From NCBI RefSeq assembly GCF_009914755.1, contig NC_060945.1: DNA of 64,000 nt. One strand, 5' to 3'. Below, piece by piece: positions 53,545-64,000 of this stretch; positions within the stretch are counted from its first letter, which is position 1, and the number at the start of each line of letters is the position of its first letter. Origin of the DNA: the human T2T-CHM13v2.0 reference genome, Homo sapiens. The notes beneath the pieces were generated by a model, which searched no databases, was not told the DNA's origin, and worked only from the letters and a program-made list of their open reading frames with translations. The position numbers were made by a program, and so were the translations under genes.

Positions 53545-56500
53545 ACCTACACTCTCCCCACCCCCACCACCTCCTAGATGCTGCTTTGCCTGCAGGCACT
53601 CACATCATGGCCACACCCCACGTCACTTTGCTGTCACATGTGTGGGGGCGGACCTAGCCTTCCCTTCCCTGCCAGCATGTCTGTGCATGTGCACCCTGCC
53701 ATGCCACTGCTGCCAGTGTGAGTGCATCCCACTCCCCTCCATCTTCTCTCCCCCTGCTGCACTGCCATTGTTATCAGAGCACTGGTGGGCACAGAGCCTG
53801 CCAGCCCTGCTCCTGCCAGCACCGTGTCACTGCATCTGGGCGACCGGCACACAAAAGTAGGCACAGAAAACAGCTGACCTACCCATAGCCCTGAGTGGAC
53901 ACTGCTGCCAGCATGAAGGCACAGAAAGGATGCATAGAGTCCTTTACTCACCAGAACCCCACCCCAGTGCTAACCATTATCAGTGGGAACATGCAGTCAC
54001 TGACAGCGGACCCTTGACCCCCAAGACACCACTGCTTCTGCAAACGTGTGCACAGGGGCTGACATCCTGATACCCATTAGCACACTGTTATAGCTGATGA
54101 GCATGCACCCCACCACACTACTTCTGCCACTTCTGCTGCCATATGCAAACAAGAATGAATCTTGCTGTCATTGCCCTGTGAAGTGCCCTGGCCAGAAACA
54201 CACATTGAAGTATTGTGACTGGTGGTCTGGGAGCACCTTGGCCTCTCCAGTGCAATAGGTTCCTAACCATGAGGTGCCACAGATCAAATCTAGGGCCCCA
54301 AACCAGTCCCCCAGAGTTAAAGCCTGCAGTCCAGGAGTCCTGAGCTGAGCCTTGACCCCATAAAATCTTCCAGTAATGAAGCCAGTCAATTAAGACCTCC
54401 TTATTCCACAGTCAAATCACCAGGGTCATCAAATAAAATTAAAAATAATCCAAAGGACAGCAACTTGAAGGATTAGAGGAACATCAGCTCACAAAGATGA
54501 GAAAGAACCAGTGCAAGAACTCTAACAACTCAAAAACCCCAAGTGTCTTCTTTTCCCCAAATGACCATACTACTTCTCCAACAGGAGTTTTAAACTGGAC
54601 TAAGATGGCTGAAATGACAGAAATGGAATTCAGAATATGGACAGGAATGAAGATCATTGAGATTCAGAAAAACATTGAGACCCAATCTAAGGAAGCTACA
54701 AATTATGATAAAACAATACAGGAGCCAAAAGACAAAATTGTCAGTGTAGAAAATAATCTAACCAACTGAATAGAGCTGAAAAATACTCTACAAGAACTTC
54801 ACAATGCAATCACAAGGATTAACAGCAGAATAGACAAAGCTGAGGAAAGAGTCTCAGAGCTTGAAGATTGGCTTTCTAAAATAAGAAAATAAAATAAAAA
54901 TAAAGAGAAAAGAAAGAAAAGGAATGAACAAAACCTTTGAAAAAATATGGGATTATGTAGAGAACAAATCTATGACTCATTGCCATCCCTGAAAAAGATG
55001 AGGAGAATGGAACCAACTATTTTAGGATATCAACCATGAGAACTTCCACAACCCAGCCATAGAGGCTAACAGTCAAATTCAGGAAATGCAAAGAACCCCT
55101 GCAAAATACTTCACAAGAAGATCATCTCCAAGACACAATCATAAGATTCTCCAGGATCAAAATTGAAGAAAGAATGTTAAGGAAAAATTTACCAGAGAGA
55201 AAGGGCAGGTAACCTGCAAAGGGAAGCCTGTCAGACTAATAATGGACCTCTCAGCAGAAACTCTGTAAGTCAAATGATAATTGGGGGCCTATATTGATTA
55301 TTCACAAAGAAAATAAATTCCAACCAAGAATTTCATATCCAGTCAAACTAAGCTTCATGAGCAGAGGAGAAATAAGATCCTTTTCAGAGAAGCAAATGCT
55401 GAGAAAATTAATTGCCACTAGACCTGCCTTACAAGAGCTCCTGAAAGAAGCACTAAATATGGAGAGGAAAGACCATTACCAGCCACTACAAAAAACACAC
55501 TTAAGTACACAGACCAGTGACACTATAAAGCAAGCACACAAACAAGTTGGCATGACAAACACCTAACAAAACAATGACAGAATGAAATTTACACATATCA
55601 ATACTAACCTTAAATGTAAGTGGGCTAAATGCCCCAGTTAGAAGGCACAGAGTGCCAGACTAGATAAAGAAGTCAGGCTGAACAGTATGCTGTCTTCAAG
55701 AGACCCCTCTCACATGCAATGACACCCATAGTCTCAAAATAAGGCAATGGAGAAAAACCTACCAAGCAAATGGAAAACAGAAAAAAGGCAGGGGTTGCCA
55801 TCGTAATTTCAGGCAAAACAGGTTTTGAACCAACAAAGGTAAAAAAAAAAAAAAGACTAAGAGAGATATTACATAATGGTAAAGGTTAATTCTACAAGAA
55901 AACTAACTATCGTAGCTATGCATGCACTTGACACAGGTGCACCCAGATTCATAAAGCATGTTCTTAGAGACCTTCAAAGAGACTTAGACTCCCACACAAT
56001 AATAGTGGGAGACTTTAACACTCCACAGACAGTATTAGACAGATAATTGAGGCAGAAAATTAAGAAAGATATTGAGGACCTAGACTCAACTTTGGGCTAA
56101 ATGGATCTGATAGACATCTACAGAACTCTCCACCCCAAAACAACAAATTATACATTTTTCTCATCTGAATATAGCAAGCACATACTCTGAAATCAACCAC
56201 ACAATGGGATATAAAACAATCCACAGGAACTTTTAAAGGACACAATTATACCAGCCATGCTCTCAGGCCACAGCACAATAAAAATAAAATTCAATACAAA
56301 GAAAAGCACTCGAAACTATACATTTACTGGAATATTAACCTGCTCTTGAATGACTTTTGGGCAAATAATGAAATTAAGGCCAAAATCAAGTTATTTGAAA
56401 CTAATAAGAACAAAGATACAACATAACAGAATCTCTGGGACACAGCTAAGGCAGTCTTAAGATGTCAATTTAATCACTAAACACTGACATCAAAAAGTTA

Positions 56501-56790
56501 GAAGGATCTCAAATTAACAAATCAACATTACAACAACAACAACAACAACAAAAACTAGAGAAGTAGAGCAAACCCACATCAAAGTTAGCAGAGGACAAGA
56601 AATAATCAAAATCAAAGCTGAACTGTTGGAGATTGAGGCAAGAAAAACCAGCCAGAAGCTGTTTTTTGAAAAAAATTAATTAAAAAGACTGCTAGCTAGA
56701 ATAATAAAGGCGGAAGTGGAGAAGATCCAAAAAAAAACACAATAAGAAATGGCAAAGGGGATATTACCACCAACCCCACAGAAATACAAA
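53545..56790 (+). mobile_element. L1 5' portion (L1PA13-16/L1PREC/L1PB-like): 5'UTR, decayed ORF1 (from ~54497) and start of ORF2 (from ~55574)
   Basis: ORF1 peptides 'MRKNQCKNSNNSK...EFRIW' and 'KENKFQPRISYPVKLSF...TRPALQELLKEAL'; endonuclease region 'ILTLNVSGLNAP'. Confidence 0.9.
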
Positions 56791-59540
56791 TCATATGGTT
56801 AGGCTTTGTGTCCCCAGCCAAATCTCACTTCAAATTGTAACCCCCATAGTCCCCATGTGTGGTGGTGTTACTGGCAGGTCTTTGTTCTTAGAGCTCCCAA
56901 GATGGTGGCGGGCCACTCCCAAGATGGTGGCAGGCCACTCCCAAGATGGCGGCAAGCCTTTTGTTCTCTGACCTGGGGTTCTTGGCCTCATGGATTCCAA
57001 GGAATGGAACCTTGGGCCATGCGGTGAGTGTTATAGCTCCATTAGAAGCCGTGGGTCAAGGAAGAGAACCGTGGAATCCAGAGACTAGTGTTCAGCTCAA
57101 TTAGGGCACTTAGCCATGCAGGAACAATGGCGAACCTTTAGTCCGATCGGGAGTGGCAATGGACACCTTGCTGGATCAGGAGCACAGCAGACACCGTGCC
57201 GGATCCGGAGGGGTGGAAGTCAGTGGCAGGTCTGCCACGGCGACAGCGGCAAACAGCAGTGGTGGACGGCTAGCGAAAGCTCAGCTCCAGCCATAATAAA
57301 CACGGGCCAGAGGAGTGTGCAGTTGCAAGATTTAGTACAGTGAAAACAGAGCTCCCATACAATGGGAGGGGACCCAAAGGGGGTTGCCACTCCCTGCTCG
57401 AATGCCTGGGTTTATATCCCGATCATTGTCCCTCCCTCTGTGCTCTCAGGTGATAAGTGATTTGACTATTTCTTTACCTTCTGCTTTAGCCTAATTTGTA
57501 TTTTAGTGAGCCCTCTTTACTACCTGATTGGTTGGGAGCGAGCAGACTTACAAGCCCTGTGTTTAAAGGTAGGTGCAGTCACCTTTCCCAGCTAGGCTTA
57601 GGAATTCTTAGTCTGCCTAGGAAATCCAGCTAGTCCTGTGTCTCAGTGGGTAGGACATGGTTGGAGGTAATTGAATCATGAGGGCAGTTTTCCCCATGCT
57701 GTTCTCATGATAGTAAGTGAGTTCTCATGAGATCTGATAGTTTTATAAGCATCTGGCATTTCCCCTGCTGGAACTCATTCTCTCTCTTGCCACCCTGTAA
57801 AGAAGTGTCTTCCACCGTGATTGTAACTTTCTGTGGCATCGCAAGCCATGCTGAATTGTGAGTCAATTAAACCTCTTTTCTTTATAAATTACCCAGTCTT
57901 GGGTATTACTTCGTAGCAGCGTGATAGTGGACTAATATAGTAAATTGGTACCAAGATAATGGGGTGCTGCTGTAAAGATACCTGAAAATGTGGAAGCAGC
58001 TTTGGAACTGGGTAACAGGCAGATGTTGGAACAGTTTGGAGGGTTCAGAAGAAGACAGAAAGATACAGGAAAATTTGAAAATTCCTAGAGACTTGTTGAA
58101 TGGCTTTGACCAAAATGCTGGAAGTGATATGGACAACGAAGTCCAAGCTGAGTGGTCTGAGATGGATATGAGGAACTTCTTGGGAACTGAAATAAAGGTG
58201 ATTCTTACTATACTTTAGCAATGAGACTGGTGGCATTTTGCCCCTGGCTTAGACATCTGTGGAGCAGTGAACTTGAGAGAGATGATTCAGGGTATCTGGC
58301 AAAAGAAATTGTCTAAGCAGCAAAGCATTCAAGGGGTGACAGAGCATAAAAGTTTGAAAAATTTGCAGCCTGACAATGCAGTAGAAAAAATAATTATCTG
58401 GGGATAAATTTAAGCCCTCCAGAAATTTGCATAAGTAACAAGGAGCCAAAAGCTAATTGCAAAGACAATGGAGAAAATGCCTTCAGGACATGTCAGAGAC
58501 CTTCACAGCAGCCCCCTCCCCTCACAGGTCTGGAGGCCTAGGAAAGAAAAATGGTTTCCTGGGCCTGGTCCAGGGCCTTCCTGCTGTGTACAGCCTCAGG
58601 ACTTGGTGACCTGCGTCCCAGCCAGGTACAATGTCTCCAGTGGCCTTTTAACAATGGTGCAAGCCCCAAGCCTTGGCAGCTTCCAATTGGTGTTGGTCCT
58701 GTGGGTGTGCAGAAGACAAGAATTGAGTTTTGATCGCCTCTGCTTAGATTTCAGAGGATGCATGGAAACCCCTGGATGTCCAGGCAAAGTTTGCTGCAGG
58801 GGCAGAGCCCTCATGGAGAACCTCTCCTGTGGCAGCGTGGAAAGGAAGTGTGGAGTTGGAGTCTCCACACAGAATTCCCACTGAGGCACTGCCTAGTGCT
58901 GTCCTCCAGACAGCAGAATGGTAGACCTCCTGAAACCTCACACTGTGCACCTGGAAAAGCCCCAGACACTCAATGCCATCTGGTGAAAGCTCCCAGGAGA
59001 GGGTTTGTACCCTGCCAAGCCACAGGTGCAGAACTGTCCAAGGTCGTGGAAGCCCAGCTCTTGCGATCAGCATGATCTGGATGTGAGACATAGCATCAAA
59101 GGAGATCATTTTGGAACTTTAAGGTTCAATTACTGCCCTATGAGATTTCAGACGTGCATGGGCCCTCTAGACTCTTTGTTTTGGCCAATTTCTCCCAAAA
59201 ATAAACAGTCATATTTACCCAATACCTGTACGGCCATTGTATCTTGGAAGGAACTCACTTGTGTTTGATTTTACAGGCTCATAGGCAGGAGGGACTAGCC
59301 TTGTCTCAGATGAGATTTTAAACTTGGACATTTGGGTTAATGCCAGAATGAATTAAGATTTTGGGTACTGTTAGAAAGGCATGATTTGTTTTGAAATGTG
59401 AAAGGGACATGAGATTTGGGAAGGTCCAGAGGCAGAATGATATGGTTAGGCTTTGTGTCCCCACCCAAATCTCACCTTGAATTGTAACCCCATGTGTCAT
59501 AGGAGGGACCTGGTGGGAGGTAATTGAATCATGGGGGCAC
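56791..59540 (+). mobile_element. THE1C-like element: 5' LTR (split by LTR17), internal region, 3' LTR truncated after ~100 bp
   Basis: 'atatggttaggctttgtgtcccc' at both 56793 and 59440; THE1-int in between. Confidence 0.88.
56866..57645 (-). mobile_element. Solo LTR17 (HERV-W LTR)
   Basis: Minus strand begins TGAGACACAGGACTAGCTGGATTTCCTAGG; TATA 'GATATAAACCCAGGC'; exact TSD GTGG. Confidence 0.93.
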
Positions 59541-59544
59541 ATGG

Positions 59545-61470
59545 ATCCATAATGTCTAGCATTTCAATTTTTTTGGTCCCCTCTGCTTTTTGTTTCTTTT
59601 TCCCCTTGTTTTGCCTTAATTTAAATAACAGTATATTTATTTAGAATTATATTTTAACTAATCTTGGCAATATAACATTTATCTATTTGCATTATTTTAG
59701 CTCTTGCTCAAGAGATTATAATATATAATTGTAACTTTTCACAGTCTATTAAGAGTTGCACTGTACCACTGTACCACTTTATGTAAAATGTAGATATCAT
59801 ACAATGATTTAAGACTATTTATCATTTCTGAAGTACTTTATGCGTTATTTTATGTGTATTATTCTTCTATTTATCATAAGCTCCTGGAGATACTGCTATA
59901 ATTTATCCACAGTTATATATTTTAAAGAAATGTATACGACAAACATAGTCTGCATGTTTACCAAATATTATACTTTCCAGGGCTCTTCATTCTTTCTTGA
60001 AAATCCAGATATCTACTCTGCATAATTTCTTTTTTGTTGAAGTACTTATTTGTTTTATTATGCAAATTTTCTTCTAATATATTTAATAATGCTTTTAATT
60101 TCTCTTGCATTTTTAAGGGTATGCTTATTAAATATAGAATGCTGTTTTATTTTGATTTGGGTTTGTTTGTCTTGATGGTTTGTTTTCTTGAAGACTGGTT
60201 TCTTTTTTAGCAGTTTATAGATATCATTCCACTGTTTTCTACTATCTCCTGTTTCTGATAAAAATTGACTAGTTATTCAAATTGCTCCTGCCTTGTTTAC
60301 ACTGTTATTTCTCTGTCCTCTTATAAGACATTGTCTGTATCTGGGGGTTCAGAAATTTGCCTATAATATGCTTACTATAAATTTATTTCTAACTGATTAT
60401 GCTTCTATGATTTTTTCGCTATCTAAATTTATGTCTTTCAATAATTTGAGGTGTATGGGTCATCACCTTTTAACATATTTTCTCTGTATGTTTTATTTAT
60501 CCTTTTCTTTTGGGTCTCTAGTTACATCTATGTTAAGTATTTTTATATTGCCTCACAAGTTCCTGATACTTTGTTCATTATTATTTCTAATCTTACTTCT
60601 TTTTGTACATCAGATTAGATAACTATTTTATTGATCTGTATTCATTCTCACTTATTTTTCTGTCCTCCTAATCTTCTGCTAGGGTCACTTGGTGATTTTT
60701 TTTTTTTTTTTTTTGCTATAATTTTCTGTACTGTGTCTTTCAGTTGTTTAACTTCTGCTTTTCTTTTGTAACAATTTTTTTTTTTTTTGTCTTTGAGCAT
60801 ACTTTCTGGCGTACTGATTCTAACACCAAAGTCACCACTGGGTTGGCCTTCATTTTCATTTTCCTTGAGTATGGGTCACACTTGCTGTTACTTTATATGC
60901 ATAGAAATTGGTATCCTGTCTTAGATATTATGAATAGTAAAGTTTGAAGACTTTGGATTCTGTTTTTCAAAGTTATTTGTATTAAATTTTAAAAAAACCC
61001 AGACAGTTAGTAAGAGCTACATTCAGACTCTAAACTAAAATCTTATATCAGTTATTTTCACCTGACTTGTGCTGCTAGGAATGTAACTATGAATGCATAC
61101 TTTAAAGATCAGACAGAGATTTGAGCAGAGACTATGCAAAGAGTTGCTTTTTTCTGCAGTTGTCTCTGTTTCAAAGTTTGCCCTTTTTGCATACATCTTA
61201 GATTCAGTTATTTGGTTCTTCAAAGAAGACTACAGTTTTTCCATTTGGAATTTAACCAGCCCACAATTGGGGTGTGCCCTCAGGCAGAAATGGACAGATT
61301 GGTAACTCTCCCAGTACGTTTTTCTCTGCCAATGGCCTTCTATTCTTGTTCACTCTGCAATGCCCTCAATTGGTTGTGATTTCTCATAATTTATACTTAT
61401 TTGCAGAAGGGACTGGTTGATTTAATAGAAGCTACTATACCAGGACCCAGAAAATGAATTTTTAATTGTA
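59545..61470 (-). mobile_element. Old L1M (L1MC4/L1ME-type) fragments
   Basis: T-rich antisense L1 motifs ('gatatcattccactgttttcta', 'gagtatgggtcacac'). Confidence 0.55.
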
Positions 61471-61945
61471 GGGCAATAATTTTTTTTTTCTGAAACATTC
61501 AATAATCGTTGATATCCTTGTGTTTCTTCCCTATTCTTAATCTATAATTCTGTGACACGCTTGGAAAGTTATCCTATTTCTCCAAGTATTCTATTTTGAG
61601 GTTGACACTATTTATTGAAAACCTTAGTAATAATTGGCCAAAATATCCTGAACTTGCAGTGTTTTAATCTCATTTTGTTTGAACCCTATAGGCATAACAT
61701 AATACAGATATGACAGCATTTTTTTTATTTCTCCATTAACTTATGTTGTTAAGTCCAACGGCTTCAAGGTGAAGCAGTTGCTATAATATTTATGAAAGTC
61801 ATATTGTTGCAGAGTCCATTACAAGAAAGGAAGCAGCTGGATCACAGGTTTTAGATATAACTTTTACTGCCCAAGGCTGTTATTTAAACTCCAGGACTGA
61901 CTAAAGTGGTGTGATCACCATTTTTCAAAACATACTTACCATTTT

Positions 61946-61978
61946 CACTTGATTTTAGCCAAAAGGCTGAGAAGCAAT
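61946..61978 (-). pseudogene. 3'-truncated, tailless U2 snRNA retrocopy (first 33 nt)
   Basis: Minus strand ATTGCTTCTCAGCCTTTTGGCTAAAATCAAGTG vs U2 ATCGCTTCTCGGCCTTTTGGCTAAGATCAAGTG; 13-bp TSD acttaccattttc. Confidence 0.93.
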
Positions 61979-62639
61979 AACTTACCATTTTCTATTAGTA
62001 TTTTCTATGAAGCCAGAACCAAAACATATGAGGACAACTGCATTTATACATATATCCATATTATATTTAGCATTCCATTTTTTTGGTCATAAACAACACT
62101 GAGAGGTCTTAATAGTGTTCATTTTGTGATTTGATAAGAAACATATTCAAAATTCTGATGAGCAGATGTTTTCTGCGGTTTTTTTTTAGCTATCATCAAC
62201 AATAGAGCTCCTTTAAGAGAATATCATGAAAATCATTTAGCTCTTATGTGTAGTATAAAATGTGATAGTTTAGATAGCATTGCAAATGAATGCTGACTAT
62301 AGAAAAAAATGTTGGAGGAAAAAAGACAGAGTAGGCAAACAGAATTTTTAAAGATTTCTTGCTAGTTTTAATTTTGAAACAGGACTTTTCTCTGGCTACC
62401 TTATATTGAAGACTTTTTGTGTGATTTCATCACTCTCATGACTGAAATCTCAGATTTTTATTTCTAGCCAAGATTTTTCTCTTAAATACACACACTGTAT
62501 ATGTTATATTATTAATATGTTGTACATATTAATAATATAATAAAATATAAATTATATATGCATGTATCTATCTATATATACACACATATATATACACACA
62601 TATAATTCTATATAATAGTATTTAATTTTTTTACATCAC

Positions 62640-64000
62640 ACTTTGAGGATGGACTTTGAGAAGGAAATGTCGGTGTGAGGAGTTTCATGGACCCATATGC
62701 CAATGAAACAACAATGTCTGTTAAAAATTTTTAAAATAAAGTCTCTGGAAATTATCCTGAGCAGATAAAACCAACTAATAGACATTATTTTAAAAATACC
62801 CTAAAATATAGTAAATCTCGGTAAGAACAAGGAAAATCTGTGTGCTTGAGCTTTAACCTACCAACTTTTTCTTTCCCCATCTCCCATTCTGGAATAATAG
62901 AAACACCATTCTGGGTACTGTGGCCATGAAAATGGGATTCTCGCTTTCCTCAGCTACTAATCAGTAGAAGCAGAAAGCCTACAATTTTTAATCTACACAG
63001 TTTTTGGTGAAGAGTCTAAATTCCAGGCAAGTGTGTGGCTAAGAAATCTGTTGCTCCTTCCCTCTACTTGGCACCTCGGATTAAACAGCAGGCTATACCC
63101 CAAGTATGGCAGACTGAGAACACTGGGGTCGTTTATCATCATCCAGACCACTCATAAAGAGGAAAATGGATATGAGGAAGATGAGAGGCTGCCACCCTTG
63201 CCTAGCACCATACTTAGAAAACAGAGATGTCCCCAGCACTTTGGGAGGCTGAGGCGGGTGGATCATGAGGTCAGGAGTTCGAGACCAGCCTGACCAACAT
63301 GGTGAAACCCCATCTCTACTAAAAATACAAAAGTTAGCCAGGTGTGGTGGTGCGTGCCTGTAATCTCAGCTACTCAGGAGGCTGGGGCAGGAGAATCGCT
63401 TGAACACGGGAGCCAGAGGTCACAGTGAGCCGAGATCATGCCACTGCACTCTAGCCTGGGTGACAGAGCGAGCCTCTGTCTCAAAAAACAACAACAACAA
63501 CAAGAACAAAAAAAACCAGAGGTGTCCTATTGAGAGTAGCATGATGCTTTCCCACCCCCATTCCTGGATCAGTAATTCAGAGATAGTGCCCAGGAGAAGA
63601 GGCTGGCCTTAAGAACAGAGCTCCAACTTCTCCGCAGATGAGCTGACTTTAGTTGGAAAACAGTGTAAGTAAGTTCAAGACCAAAGGTACTCATAGAAAC
63701 AATGGAGACTTCTTTAGCAAGCAATTAGTAGGGCTATGACAACCCAGTGGGAGAAACAGCGAAACCTTAGGGCAGCTAGGGTACCAGAGGCAATTAGAGA
63801 AAGAACAGAGAAAAAAAAAAAAACCTCCTTGTGGTATAAAAATAAATCTCCAAGACTGGTCCCAGTCTTTTACTGGCCTAACCTGTAATAACAAAGGTGG
63901 CAGTAATTATTTGTTTTAGGCTTTGAAACAATTTATATAGCAGAACATTTTTTAAAACAACCGGTAAAATAATCGGTACTTAATGGAGCCTAACAGTTGG
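62640..64000 (+). mobile_element. Probable old L1M 5'UTR region
   Basis: General resemblance to L1MC/L1MD 5' ends; continues across the Alu. Confidence 0.4.
63231..63515 (+). mobile_element. AluS (Sg-like), 5'-truncated
   Basis: Starts at 'cccagcactttggg'; TSD cagag(a/g)tgtcc. Confidence 0.93.

Noticed and set aside
53444-53951. Pro/Cys-rich 138-aa ORF
   Set aside because: Spans an L1 junction and a GC-rich L1 5'UTR; chance ORF.
61932-61940. ATACTTACC as a U1 snRNA fragment or U1/U2 chimera
   Set aside because: Only a 9-nt match that lies within the target-site duplication, so it is pre-existing genomic sequence.

Overview
Primate (human-like) genomic DNA that is AT-rich, repeat-dense and apparently intergenic or deep intronic. 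I can support no intact host protein-coding exon. The ORFs with recognisable protein similarity derive from transposable elements (ERV gag/env, L1, Tigger transposase); the rest are Alu/LTR or chance ORFs. Main contents: (1) a minus-strand HERV-E/LTR2-type provirus (tRNA-Glu PBS, both LTRs) with an internal deletion that joins gag CA in frame to the integrase tail; (2) a complete THE1B provirus; (3) a THE1C element carrying a solo HERV-W LTR17; (4) a MLT2D>MER52>Alu nest; (5) solo MER66, MER57, MST, MLT1 and THE1 LTRs; (6) MER82-like Tigger and MER20 DNA transposons; (7) many Alus and L1 fragments, including two twin-primed L1PAs; (8) a tailless U2 snRNA retrocopy. I found no convincing new biological system. 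The most unusual signal is a cluster of short, locally templated insertions between about 25.5 and 39 kb. One is a ~99%-identical 286-bp copy that may be recent or polymorphic. A perfect RFX X-box also sits in unique sequence. Repeat subfamily names come from recalled consensus sequences, not from a search, and old-repeat boundaries are approximate.
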